DNA of 64,000 nt from Oscillospiraceae bacterium (GTDB taxonomy: Bacteria; Bacillota; Clostridia; Oscillospirales; Ruminococcaceae): positions 1,009 to 65,008 of the forward strand of contig JBKEAM010000046.1 of NCBI GenBank assembly GCA_047972265.1, given 5' to 3'. A program made the translations under genes and the position numbers. Positions 35,829 through 45,196 of the stretch are shown piece by piece. The notes beneath the pieces are model-generated. The model saw nothing but the letters and a program-made list of their open reading frames with translations. It was not told the origin of the DNA and ran no database searches. Within the stretch, counting starts at the first letter, position 1. Every line of letters starts with the position of its first letter.

Positions 35829-37211
35829 TTACTGCTCCTCCTGCATCCACTGCAATGTGTTTTTAGGGTTTTGAGAAAGGGAAGAGATACGCCCGGTTGC
35901 AAGTAAAGAGAGACGGTACATGCCGGCCACGGCTTCATCTGGCATGGCGGATTTTGAGTAGGGCAGGCCGGTGTGATGGCTTACGGTTTCCAGCAAGGCT
36001 TCGTTTTTCCAGCTTACACCGCCCGAAAAGGTAAGCCCGTCCGGCAGTTTGCCGCCACATATGGGGGGCAGGTTTTGGGCGTAAATTTCTGCCATATCGG
36101 TATAGCTGGCTGTAAGCAGTGCGTTTAGGGTAAAATTGCCCGGCTTAATGCCACTTATGCCGCCGCCATCCAGTTTAGAGGCCGTGGGCCAAAAAAGGGT
36201 GTCCACGTTTATATCCGATGGGGCAACCTCCCACTGCTGCTGCAAAGCGCTCCATACATCAGCGGTAGATAGCGTTTGGCCGCATAAAACATTGGCACAG
36301 TGGATTAAAAAATCGGTAATTACCGCAAGGTTACGCCCGCCCGGCATATTAGAGATGGTGTTGATATAGGTGTTTTGAAAATAAGGACGAATTTCGTACT
36401 CGCCGGGAGAAAAAGCATCGGTATTGTAAGATACCTGACAGGCAGTGGCAATATTAATTACCGCATTGCCGGGGGCGGCCATTGCACCCAAAATACTTAC
36501 CTGCTGGTCTCCATAATCGGGCAAAAGCTTTACAGTGAAACCGTTTGTACTGTAGCTGTCGCAGTACTCAAAGTCGCTTTGGGCAAGTTTTGGCAGGTGT
36601 ATGCCGGTAAGGCCTGCTTTAACAAGGATATCTTGGTTCCAGCAGTGGTTTTTAACATCCACAAGGCCCAAGGGGGCGGCATTGGTAATGTGGCAGATGT
36701 TTTGCCCGCCCAAGCGGCTGATGATGTATGAGCCAAGGGTAAACAGCTCACCGTTTTGCAAAATAGAAGAATCGCTGTTTAAAAGTGCATATAAGTTGCA
36801 TAGTCCAAGGCTGGGTTTTAGGTCTACCCCGCAGGGGCGCATATCCTCTGGGGTTAAAAGCAGACGCAACTTTTGCAAATAAGTTTGCTGCTGCCCCGGC
36901 ATAAGGTCGGCACAGCGGCTGTCCTGCCAAGAAACATACACGTCCTCGTGCCCGGGGGTAGAATACACAAAACCGTGCATTTGGGTAGAAAAAAGCACCA
37001 TCTCTATAGGGTAGTGTGCGGCGGCTTCATCAATTAGGCTGCGCACGGTATCTACAATATCACCGGCAGAAATTTCAAAGATAAGGGGATTGGGGCTATC
37101 TTTACGGGGGAAAGACGGAAAAGAACGTCGGAACACGCACTGCGCTGTATCTAAACAAAAAACAGCTGCTTTTATAAAGCTGGAGCCAATATCAATGCCC
37201 AATGTATACAT
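35829..37211 (-). CDS. FGGY-like (ASKHA) carbohydrate kinase, divergent
   Basis: MYTLGIDIGSSFIKAAVF N-terminus; C-terminal GGVSWKNEALLETVSHHTGLP...AVAGMYRLS. ATG at 37211 after AGGAG; the ORF-track start at 37400 runs into the eda gene. Confidence 0.7.
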   Translation of the reverse strand: MYTLGIDIGSSFIKAAVFCLDTAQCVFRRSFPSFPRKDSPNPLIFEISAGDIVDTVRSLIDEAAAHYPIEMVLFSTQMHGFVYSTPGHEDVYVSWQDSRCADLMPGQQQTYLQKLRLLLTPEDMRPCGVDLKPSLGLCNLYALLNSDSSILQNGELFTLGSYIISRLGGQNICHITNAAPLGLVDVKNHCWNQDILVKAGLTGIHLPKLAQSDFEYCDSYSTNGFTVKLLPDYGDQQVSILGAMAAPGNAVINIATACQVSYNTDAFSPGEYEIRPYFQNTYINTISNMPGGRNLAVITDFLIHCANVLCGQTLSTADVWSALQQQWEVAPSDINVDTLFWPTASKLDGGGISGIKPGNFTLNALLTASYTDMAEIYAQNLPPICGGKLPDGLTFSGGVSWKNEALLETVSHHTGLPYSKSAMPDEAVAGMYRLSLLATGRISSLSQNPKNTLQWMQEEQ

Positions 37212-37218
37212 GCTGCTC

Positions 37219-38181
37219 CTACTTCCTGCGCAAATGAAGTGCAAACCCAGCCACTTCATCTTTAAAATATACGGTAAGCAGGCGGCCTTTGTCGTCACGC
37301 ACAAAGGTATCGGGATTAAACGTAACACCGTTGCGCTGGTAGTAGGCCACGGCGCGGTCGATGTCTGCGGTTTGGATTGCAATGTGCCCCTTTGCGCCAA
37401 GGTAACTGCCCTTTATCACTTCAAACATGCTGCCTGCAAAATAAGCGGTGGGAAATTCGGTTACCTGCGTTCCAAACAGGGTGGCCAGTGTATTGGCAGT
37501 TTGCAGGCCGTCGGCCTGGTCTTGGGTATTAATGCCCACGTGCACCAAAGAAAAGTTTAGTATTTTAAGCATGACCTGCTGGCAAAGCAGGGCAATATCC
37601 TCCCAGCGTTTTTCTTTTATCAAGTTATCGGGGGTTACAAAGCTGCCGCCCACGGCTGCCACGTTGGGCAGGGTAAGGTAATCGGCCATATTTTCGGTGT
37701 TTACACCGCCGGTGGGCATAAACTGCACCCCGCCATACGGCCCGGCCAATGCTTTAAGGGTCTTAATTCCGCCATATGCTTCGGCCGGAAAAAACTTTAC
37801 AGTATCCAGCCCAAAAGACAGGGCTTGTTCAATATCGGCGGGAGATACACAGCCCGGCAGCACATCAATGTTGTTTTGCACACAGTAGGCAACCACTTCG
37901 GCATTAAAGCCGGGGGTTACAATAAATTTCGCACCCGCCTCAACGGCCAACTGCGCATTTTTTACATTGTGTACGGTACCGGCCCCCAAAATAATTTGAG
38001 GCACATTTTGCGCAATCTCTTTTATAATATCCAGCGCGGCATCTGTTCTAAATGTAACCTCGGCCACGGGGATGCCCCCTTTTACCAGCGCCTTTGCCAA
38101 AGGTACTGCGTCCTGCACGTCTTCCAGCACAATTAGGGGTACTACACCAATTTCAAATATTTGTTTTGTAAGTTCACTCAT
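37219..38181 (-). CDS. eda: KDPG/KHG aldolase (Eda) fused to a C-terminal VOC-fold domain
   Basis: Eda part: VVPLIV...GGIPVAEVTFRT...GAGTV...KFFPAE...PTGGV. Residues from about 205 to the end (HVGINTQ...GHIAIQT...FALHLRRK) align with the stand-alone VOC protein at 23619-23966. Confidence 0.8.
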   Translation of the reverse strand: MSELTKQIFEIGVVPLIVLEDVQDAVPLAKALVKGGIPVAEVTFRTDAALDIIKEIAQNVPQIILGAGTVHNVKNAQLAVEAGAKFIVTPGFNAEVVAYCVQNNIDVLPGCVSPADIEQALSFGLDTVKFFPAEAYGGIKTLKALAGPYGGVQFMPTGGVNTENMADYLTLPNVAAVGGSFVTPDNLIKEKRWEDIALLCQQVMLKILNFSLVHVGINTQDQADGLQTANTLATLFGTQVTEFPTAYFAGSMFEVIKGSYLGAKGHIAIQTADIDRAVAYYQRNGVTFNPDTFVRDDKGRLLTVYFKDEVAGFALHLRRK

Positions 38182-38251
38182 TTATTTTGCCTTCCCGCAG
38201 TACTGCTGCCTGTATTTTAACAATATAAGGGGCGATTGTTGAAAACAAAAA

Positions 38252-39199
38252 CTATAAAGCCTGCACGCCCATAAAGCCGGCTAATTTTTCCCTGCTGGGC
38301 AACCCGTCGTTATCGCCACGGCTCATTACCTGTATGGCGCCTACGGCGTTGCCGCGTTTTACCGCCTCTTGTAAAGAAAGGCCCTCCATCAAAGCACTAA
38401 TGGTGCCGGCTGCAAATCCGTCTCCGGCGCCTACGGTATCAATTACCTTTTCTACCACAAATCCGGGCACGGCGTAGCGCTGCTGTGCGGTGGCAACAAA
38501 GGCGCCCTTGCTGCCGGTTTTGGTAACAACGGCTTTTGCCCCAAGAGAAAGATAAAAATCACTGATTATTTCGGGATCGCTGCTGCCCATCAAAATTTCC
38601 CCTTCGTTTTCTCCCGGAAAAACAATGTCCGCCTTGGCGGCCAATTGATTTATGGTTTGTATCATAGTTTCTTGGTCTTCCCAAAGCTGCGGGCGCAGGT
38701 TGGGATCAAAGGTGATAAAAAGGCCGCTTTTGCGCGCGGCTTCCATTAAATCAAAAACCATTTGGCGGGTGGTAAGGTTTAAAGCGGGTAAAATGCCCGT
38801 AACATGCAGGTGAGAATATCCGCTAAAATCCAATTTTTGGATATCCTGCGTGTTTAATGTAGAGGCAGCAGAGCCGCGGCGAAAATAAAAAATTTCGGGG
38901 TCTCCCTCGCTTACGCGGCTTTTAAGCATAAATCCGGTAGAGTTTGAATCGGAATAAAGAACAAATTCGCTGCCAATTTGGTTATCTTTTAAAAGATGAA
39001 CAATGTGTTTGCCAAAAGGGTCGTTGCCCAGCTTTGTAATATAGGTAACTTTATGTTCCAACCTTGCCATGCCCACGGCTACATTAAACTCTGCGCCGGC
39101 AACAGCAAAAGAATATTCTCCAACAGAATCCAGTGGGCCTTCTTGTTTTGCAATAAAAAGCCCCATTGGTTCTCCAATCAACATCACACCGGATGCCAT
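38252..39199 (-). CDS. kdgK: PfkB-family sugar kinase, 2-dehydro-3-deoxygluconokinase-like
   Basis: VMLIGEPMGLF...GAEFNVAVGMARLG-like N-terminus; C-terminal DTVGAGDGFAAG. Start trimmed to 39199, downstream of the lacI-family stop. Confidence 0.8.
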   Translation of the reverse strand: MASGVMLIGEPMGLFIAKQEGPLDSVGEYSFAVAGAEFNVAVGMARLEHKVTYITKLGNDPFGKHIVHLLKDNQIGSEFVLYSDSNSTGFMLKSRVSEGDPEIFYFRRGSAASTLNTQDIQKLDFSGYSHLHVTGILPALNLTTRQMVFDLMEAARKSGLFITFDPNLRPQLWEDQETMIQTINQLAAKADIVFPGENEGEILMGSSDPEIISDFYLSLGAKAVVTKTGSKGAFVATAQQRYAVPGFVVEKVIDTVGAGDGFAAGTISALMEGLSLQEAVKRGNAVGAIQVMSRGDNDGLPSREKLAGFMGVQAL

Positions 39200-39239
39200 G
39201 ATAAAACACGCCCTTTCAAAATATAGATGCCGTTTTGCT

Positions 39240-40295
39240 TTATTTAAAATCCGAAAGCTTTGTGCTGGTGCGCACATGAAGAGGGGCAGGCACGCTTACG
39301 TGCACTTTTTTACTGCCCGGGTTTTGAATGCGGTTGAGCAGAGCCTTTACGGTTAGCTTGCCTAACTGGTCTATAGAGGGGGTGAGGGTGCTGATGCCTA
39401 CGTTCATCAACTGGGCCCAGCCCAGCTCAGACGCCCAGCCCCATTCATCATAACCGCAAAGGCCAATTTGATTTGGCATATGCAGGCCAAGCGAGCGGAT
39501 GGCCTGTGCCACACGCATCAAAGTAACGCCGTTGGAGGTAATAATTGCGGGAGGAGCGGTATCGTTTGCCGATTGCTTCATCAATTGCTTTACAGCGGCG
39601 CAAACACTGTTTTGGTTATCCTCAATATCGTATACAAAGTCGGCAGCGTTTTGCACACCAAGCTCGGTCAGGGTTTCGATGTGGGCGCGGCGGCGGTATA
39701 AACGAGGAGATATTTGCTCGTGAGGGGTTTGGGTTATATAGGCAATGTTGCCAAAGCCCTCTTGATGCAGATGCAAAACAGCCTCACGTATAGGGGATTT
39801 GTTTTCTATAAAAGCATAGTCAAACTTATAGTCGGTTACATCACGGTCCAGCAGCACCACAGGCAGGCCGCCGTTGGCAATATTAATTAAAAAAGGATTT
39901 TGCCGTTGTGTGGTGTTGATAATAAGGCCGTCAATTTTTTGCCCTAAAAGAGATTGAATAATGCTTTGTTCTTTTTTAGGGCTTTTATCGCTGTTTGCAA
40001 TAATAATGTTGTAGCCGGTATTGTTCATAGCGTCGCCAACACTTTTTATAACAGCCGAGCTGAAAGGGCTTTCGATATCGGCAACAACCAGGCCAATCAA
40101 CATGCTTTTGTGACTTTTAAGGCTGCGGGCTATGTTATTTGGTTGGTAATTGGCGTTTTCTATAACGGCCTTAATGCGCAAGCGCGTGTCCTCAGACATA
40201 AATTCGTACTTTTCGTTTAAATAGCGGGAAACAGTGGTTTTAGAAACGCCAGCCATATGCGCAATGTCGGCAATGGTAAGGTTTTTTTTGGGCAT
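39240..40295 (-). CDS. LacI-family transcriptional regulator
   Basis: LTIADIAHMAGVSKTTVSRYLN HTH plus a periplasmic-binding-fold effector domain. Confidence 0.85.
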   Translation of the reverse strand: MPKKNLTIADIAHMAGVSKTTVSRYLNEKYEFMSEDTRLRIKAVIENANYQPNNIARSLKSHKSMLIGLVVADIESPFSSAVIKSVGDAMNNTGYNIIIANSDKSPKKEQSIIQSLLGQKIDGLIINTTQRQNPFLINIANGGLPVVLLDRDVTDYKFDYAFIENKSPIREAVLHLHQEGFGNIAYITQTPHEQISPRLYRRRAHIETLTELGVQNAADFVYDIEDNQNSVCAAVKQLMKQSANDTAPPAIITSNGVTLMRVAQAIRSLGLHMPNQIGLCGYDEWGWASELGWAQLMNVGISTLTPSIDQLGKLTVKALLNRIQNPGSKKVHVSVPAPLHVRTSTKLSDFK

Positions 40296-40712
40296 ACAGG
40301 ATTATACTCCCTTAGCAGTTATTTTATTATTAAAGGGCAAGAAGCGCGGTTTTGATAGTTAGAAACCGATTAACATAATATTCTCGTTTATTATAAAAAG
40401 ATTTAGAAGTTAAGTCAATTGCTATAAGAAAAAAACAGAGCAAATATGAACGATTTTTTAAAAAAATAGTGCACAAAAATAAAAGCTATTTTTATTGCTA
40501 TTGAACAAACTTTGGATAAGATTATATTTTTTGCATAAAATACTGGCATTTTACGGCATGCGTTGATATACTTAGGCATAATTCTTGGACGGGTTACGTG
40601 TGCAAACTCTGCAAAACGTTGCTGCGGGAGAAGCGGTTTTGCGCCGGATTTTGTTTTTCGGCACAGGCTGAAAAAAGGAAAAAGAAGCCTGTTTTTCTTA
40701 TTTTTTTTGCTT

Positions 40713-40728
40713 TGTGTACCGGTACACA
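40713..40728. promoter_or_regulatory. Perfect 16-bp palindrome TGTGTACCGGTACACA with central CG, candidate LacI-family operator
   Basis: Flanked by TTGCTT (possible -35) and TAACTT (possible -10). A half-site-like TGTACACA recurs at 40870-40877. Confidence 0.5.
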
Positions 40729-40909
40729 TAACTTGGTTTTAAGAAGCTACTACCATTTAAGAATGGGGCAATTAGCCCAAGGGTAAAAGCAGGTTAATTG
40801 TTAGAAATAACAGGGATTAAGAAAGGGGGAGGGTAGGATACAGGACAGTTTTTGAGTGCGGATAAACTTGTACACATCCTAGATCAATTTGAATTGAGGA
40901 GGCAAAACA

Positions 40910-42238
40910 ATGTCTACGTTCATTGGTATTTTACTGCTTGTCACTTACATTGCATTTGCTATTTATGCAGCTAAGGGCGGCAACCTAATGCTCGGCTTCT
41001 TTATCATGGCTGTACTATGGGCTGGTCTGGGTGCCCTTGCCGGGGTTACCACTTGGGCAGCAGATGCTGCACAAACAGAAGCCGGAATGATCGATATCAA
41101 CAATGGTATTTTCCAACAAGGACCCGAGCTTTGGGGTTCTACCGCAGCGGTTATCATCTTTGGTTCTTGGTTTGGCCGCGTTTTGGTAGATACCGGTATT
41201 GCTCGTTCCATCATCCGTACAGCGGTAGAGCTGGGCGGCGACAAACCGGCCATCACCTGCGTTTTGCTGGCCATTGTAACCAGCCTTATCTTTACCTCGG
41301 CCTATGGTGCTGGCTCTGTAGTTGCTATTGGTGTTATCGTATTTCCCATTCTTCTTTCTCTTGGCATTTCCAAAGCATTGGCAACAGCTTCGTTCTTAAT
41401 GTCTGTTGGCGCGGGCTTGTATCTCAACGGCGGCTGGCTAAGCCAGGTATCTGCCCTGATTCCTGAATTTGACCGCACCACAGATGCTTGGAAGATTTTT
41501 GGATTTATCGCTTTTGGCGTGCAAATGCTGGCCACCGTTGTTATGATTTTGGTATTTAGCCGCAACAAAACCAAAAAGCATGCGTGGGCTGCTCAAGCTG
41601 CCGGCGGAGAAGAAAAGAACGTTAATATTTTTGCTATGATTACCCCCCTTATCCCTGTTGCATTGTCAATCTTTTTAGGCGTAAAGCCTATAACCGCTAT
41701 TTTGATTGCTGTTCTTTGGGCGTTGGCTTTCACCGGCAAACTGTTCCAAAAATGGAGCGATCTTGCGGCTTTGGTGCAAAAAACATTCCACGACGGTGTT
41801 GTAGACGTTGCATTGGTTTTTGCATTCCTGTTCTTCCTGCAAATGTTCCTGCGCGCGGCAAAGGTGTGCGCACCTCTGCTTTCTCCCATTCTTGGGCCTA
41901 TTATGCCTAAAACCCTATTGCCCCTGTTTATCATCTTTGGTGTGCTTAGCGTTTTGGCTTTGTTCCGTGGTCCTCTTACATTGTGGGGCGCCGGTGCTGC
42001 TACCCTGGCTATGTTCCAGGCAATTGGCGGTATCTTTACTCCCACCGTTTTGTTCCCCTTGTTTATGGTTCCCACCACAACCGTTAATGGTTCTATCTGC
42101 CCCACCCAGTCTTGGTGCTTGTGGGCCATTGGTTACACAAAAACAGGGCTAAAAGAATACCTAAAAATTTGCATGCCGTTTGTTTTGGTGGCTGCATTGA
42201 TACTTGAAATGGTTGCATACTTTATGTTTGCACTGTAA
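40910..42238 (+). CDS. Ion-transporter-superfamily anion permease (GntP/CitMHS-like)
   Basis: 442 aa, about 12 TM helices; GSWFGRVLVDTGIARSIIRTAVELGG resembles the GntP-type re-entrant region. GAGGAGG RBS. Confidence 0.6.
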   Translation: MSTFIGILLLVTYIAFAIYAAKGGNLMLGFFIMAVLWAGLGALAGVTTWAADAAQTEAGMIDINNGIFQQGPELWGSTAAVIIFGSWFGRVLVDTGIARSIIRTAVELGGDKPAITCVLLAIVTSLIFTSAYGAGSVVAIGVIVFPILLSLGISKALATASFLMSVGAGLYLNGGWLSQVSALIPEFDRTTDAWKIFGFIAFGVQMLATVVMILVFSRNKTKKHAWAAQAAGGEEKNVNIFAMITPLIPVALSIFLGVKPITAILIAVLWALAFTGKLFQKWSDLAALVQKTFHDGVVDVALVFAFLFFLQMFLRAAKVCAPLLSPILGPIMPKTLLPLFIIFGVLSVLALFRGPLTLWGAGAATLAMFQAIGGIFTPTVLFPLFMVPTTTVNGSICPTQSWCLWAIGYTKTGLKEYLKICMPFVLVAALILEMVAYFMFAL

Positions 42239-42298
42239 GCTGTAATTACAAACCAGTTATAAATGCCGCTGAACTGTAAAAAACGCGGTATGGCGGCT

Positions 42299-42337
42299 CC
42301 CACCCCGCCTTTTGCAAGGCGGGGTGGGGTTTGTTTT
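42299..42337 (+). terminator. Strong rho-independent terminator between the permease and the hydantoinase-like gene
   Basis: CCCACCCCGCC-ttttgcaa-GGCGGGGTGGG followed by GTTTGTTTT. Confidence 0.85.
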
Positions 42338-42390
42338 GAAATCAAAATAGGTTTTTGCCTATTGCATATATTTATTTGGAGGTTCTGGAC

Positions 42391-44514
42391 ATGGCTAGAG
42401 AAGTACGAGTAGGAATTGACGTTGGCGGCACACATACCAAGGCTGTTGCCATTGACAACGAAACCCACGAAATTGTGGGGCAAAGCGTGGTAATGACAAG
42501 CCATGACCATAAAATGGGTGTTGCGGCCGGTGTTATTGAGTGCTTTGAAAACTGCCTTACAAAAAACAATATCTCTCCGGATGATGTGATTTTTATTGCC
42601 CACTCTACAACCCAAGCTACCAATGCACTGCTGGAAGGCGACGTTGCAAAGGTAGGCGTACTGGGCATTGGCCCGGGGGGCCTGTCTGGCTTATTGTCTA
42701 AAAGCCAAACCAAAATACCAGATATAGACCTTGGAACAGGGCGCTCTATTAAAGTGTGCCACACATATTTAAACCAAAAAAAGTGCAACCCCGAAACCAT
42801 TGATGAATCTATAAAAGAGTTACAGGGACAGGGTGCCGAAGTTTTGGTTGCATCCAAAGCGTTTGGAGTAGACTCTATCCGCGAAGAGGAAGAAGTGCGT
42901 GATGTTGCGGATAAAAAGGGCATTATGGTATCTGTGGCATCGGATATTTCTAAACTGTACGGCCTTACCCGCCGTACCCGTACAGCCGCCATCAATGCAT
43001 CTATTTTGCCTAAAATGATGAACACCGCCAACTCTACAGAGAAGGCAGTGCGTGACACAGGCATTAAAGTACCTTTAATGATTATGCGCGGCGACGGTGG
43101 TGTTATGGATATTAGTGAAATGAAAAAACGCCCCGTTCTTACCATGTTATCCGGCCCTGCAGCCAGCGTTATTGGCGCGCTGATGTACCTGCGTGCATCC
43201 AACGGCATTTATTTTGAGGTTGGCGGTACTTCTACCAATATTGGTGTAATTAAAAACGGACGCCCGGCAGTAGAATACTCTATTGTGGGTGGGCACCGTA
43301 CTTATGTAAACTCGTTGGATGTTACTGTGCTTGGTGTAGCAGGCGGTTCTATGGTGCGTGCGGCCGACGGCCAATTGGTAGATGTAGGCCCGCGCAGTGC
43401 GCATATTGGCGGCATGGGCTATGCTGTGTATACCCCGCTGGAAGAAATTGTGGACCCTGAACTGGAATTTTTTGCCCCCAAAGAGGGTGACCCTGCCGAT
43501 TATGTACGCATTAAGCTGGCAAACGGCAAACGTGTAACACTTACCAATTCCTGCGCCGCCAACATTCTTGGCTACGTAAAAGAGGGGGATTACAGCCGCG
43601 GTAATGTGGAATCTGCCCGCGCCTGCATGCAACCCTTGGCAGATTTTATGGGTGTAACGGTAGAAGAATGCGCCCGCCAAATTTTGCAAAAAGCGTTTGA
43701 AAAGATAGAGCCGGTTATCCGCGGCTTTGCCGAAAAGTATAAAATTGAAGAAGACCAAATTACTCTGGTAGGCGTAGGCGGCGGTGCCAGTGCATTATTG
43801 CCCTTCTCGGCCGAAAGCATGAAGCTGCATTACTCTATCCCCAAATTTGCAGAGGTAATTTCTTCTATAGGCGTGGCGCTGGCTATGGTGCGCGATGTTA
43901 TCGAGCGCGTTATACCAAGCCCCACCAGCAAAGACATTGCCGATATTAAAAAAGAAGCCAAAACGCTGGCCATTAAATCGGGCGCGGTGCCGGATTCTAT
44001 TGAAGTGCAAATTGAAATTGATCCGCAAACCAGTAAGGTTACTGCCATTGCACTGGGCTCTACCGAAGTAAAAACCACCGACCTGTTAAAAGAGTGTGAC
44101 GAGCAGGAAGCCCGCCAGCTTGCTGCCGACAGCATGAACCTGAAAGCCGAAGAGGTTACCTGCGATGTGCAGAATGATATCTTTTATGTGTTTAGCGGCG
44201 ATAAAGGTGGCAAACGCCAGATACGCCTGTTAGATAAAAAAGGATTTATTCGTGTACAGCGGGGCGATGCCGAGGCTGTTATGTTTAAGGCAGAAAACTG
44301 GGAAGAAGAAACCGCAAAAATGTGGGAAAAATGCCTTACCTATAAGGCCGAAATGGAACGTACTCCCGACCTATACCTGTGCATAGGCGGTAAAGTACTG
44401 GATTTTGCCAACACCGTATCGTTAGAGCAGCTTAAAATTATTCTTTCTACCGAGTTTGTGGATGCAGACCCGGAAGAAGAAGCAATTTTGATTGGCGCCC
44501 GCAGCGAGCTGTAA
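42391..44514 (+). CDS. Hydantoinase-A/oxoprolinase-family ASKHA ATPase (no B-subunit partner in window)
   Basis: VRVGIDVGGTHTKAV (phosphate-1-like), LSGPAASVIGA, YFEVGGTSTNIGVIKNGRP, LVGVGGGASALLP. ATG at 42391 after GGAGG. Confidence 0.7.
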   Translation: MAREVRVGIDVGGTHTKAVAIDNETHEIVGQSVVMTSHDHKMGVAAGVIECFENCLTKNNISPDDVIFIAHSTTQATNALLEGDVAKVGVLGIGPGGLSGLLSKSQTKIPDIDLGTGRSIKVCHTYLNQKKCNPETIDESIKELQGQGAEVLVASKAFGVDSIREEEEVRDVADKKGIMVSVASDISKLYGLTRRTRTAAINASILPKMMNTANSTEKAVRDTGIKVPLMIMRGDGGVMDISEMKKRPVLTMLSGPAASVIGALMYLRASNGIYFEVGGTSTNIGVIKNGRPAVEYSIVGGHRTYVNSLDVTVLGVAGGSMVRAADGQLVDVGPRSAHIGGMGYAVYTPLEEIVDPELEFFAPKEGDPADYVRIKLANGKRVTLTNSCAANILGYVKEGDYSRGNVESARACMQPLADFMGVTVEECARQILQKAFEKIEPVIRGFAEKYKIEEDQITLVGVGGGASALLPFSAESMKLHYSIPKFAEVISSIGVALAMVRDVIERVIPSPTSKDIADIKKEAKTLAIKSGAVPDSIEVQIEIDPQTSKVTAIALGSTEVKTTDLLKECDEQEARQLAADSMNLKAEEVTCDVQNDIFYVFSGDKGGKRQIRLLDKKGFIRVQRGDAEAVMFKAENWEEETAKMWEKCLTYKAEMERTPDLYLCIGGKVLDFANTVSLEQLKIILSTEFVDADPEEEAILIGARSEL

Positions 44515-44518
44515 AAAT

Positions 44519-45196
44519 ATGGATATTACAATACTGCAAAACTTAATAGGGGTTGCACCCCGCGTGTGGGATATATACGGCATGCGGCACGAGCCCCTGC
44601 GCAATAAAATACCACCAGAGCAACTGCCGCAACTGCTGCAGCTTGCACGCAATACAGCCGAGGCTTTGGTGGAAAAAGTAAAAACTGAGTTTGCAGGAAA
44701 AACGCCCGAAGAAGTGTTGCAGGAATTAAATGTTACTATTTGCCGCCAGCCCCAAATGGATGGGGGAGGCTATGATGTTTTTGCCTGCTACGAAGAGCCC
44801 AATACGGTTACCCTGTATACAAAACCGGTAGAAAAGGCCGATGCGATGCTGGCAGAAATACCCGGTGGAGCAGAGCTTATACAAACCGACCTTTCGCAAG
44901 TATTGTTTACACACGAACTTTTTCATTATTACGAGTATAGTGAAAAAGACGGCCTGCCCACAGCGCAAAAACAACTTACTATGTGGAAAATAGGCCGCTG
45001 GGAGAGAAAATGCCAGGTGCGCGCCCTTGGCGAGATAGCCGCTATGCATTTTGCGGCCGGCATGCTACAATTAAATTATTCTCCTTATATGCTGGATGTA
45101 CTTCTTTTGTACCCAAGCAACCGCCCCAAAGCAGAAGAACTGTATACTTATATTATGCAACTGGCGGAAAAAGATGGAAACGGAGGCTGCGGATGA
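44519..45196 (+). CDS. HExxH-motif protein (putative zinc metallopeptidase, ImmA/IrrE-like core), 225 aa
   Basis: VLFTHELFHYYEY, with HELFH at nt 44912-44926. Starts 4 nt after the preceding stop. Confidence 0.5.
   Translation: MDITILQNLIGVAPRVWDIYGMRHEPLRNKIPPEQLPQLLQLARNTAEALVEKVKTEFAGKTPEEVLQELNVTICRQPQMDGGGYDVFACYEEPNTVTLYTKPVEKADAMLAEIPGGAELIQTDLSQVLFTHELFHYYEYSEKDGLPTAQKQLTMWKIGRWERKCQVRALGEIAAMHFAAGMLQLNYSPYMLDVLLLYPSNRPKAEELYTYIMQLAEKDGNGGCG

Noticed and set aside
37212-37400. ORF-track N-terminal extensions. Examples are 35829-37400, 38252-39277, 56838-57995, 17736-18278, 19984-20835, 21895-23289, 61632-62330 and 44983-45747.
   Set aside because: The extensions overlap the upstream gene or consist of non-homologous sequence. 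An internal ATG, GTG or TTG with a proper GGAGG-type RBS coincides with the family-typical N-terminus, so I trimmed the coordinates accordingly.
37968-37980. TGTGTACGGTACC inside the eda coding region, resembling the LacI-type operator at 40713-40728.
   Set aside because: It is one base short at the centre, the right half-site is wrong (CCGG instead of ACA), and it lies deep inside a coding sequence. It is probably coincidental.
42372-43208. Long antisense ORFs overlapping well-supported genes. This 278-aa ORF lies opposite the hydantoinase-like gene. Others are 46099-47004 opposite M42, 50584-51471 opposite secA, 30100-30846 opposite the DUF1537 kinase, 62591-63466 opposite the DUF1700 gene and 16127-16783 opposite the PPIase.
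   Set aside because: Their translations are low-complexity (rich in Arg, Ser, Pro, Gly or Phe) with no motifs, no RBS and no independent terminators. The sense-strand genes have strong family motifs, so these are shadow ORFs produced by codon bias.
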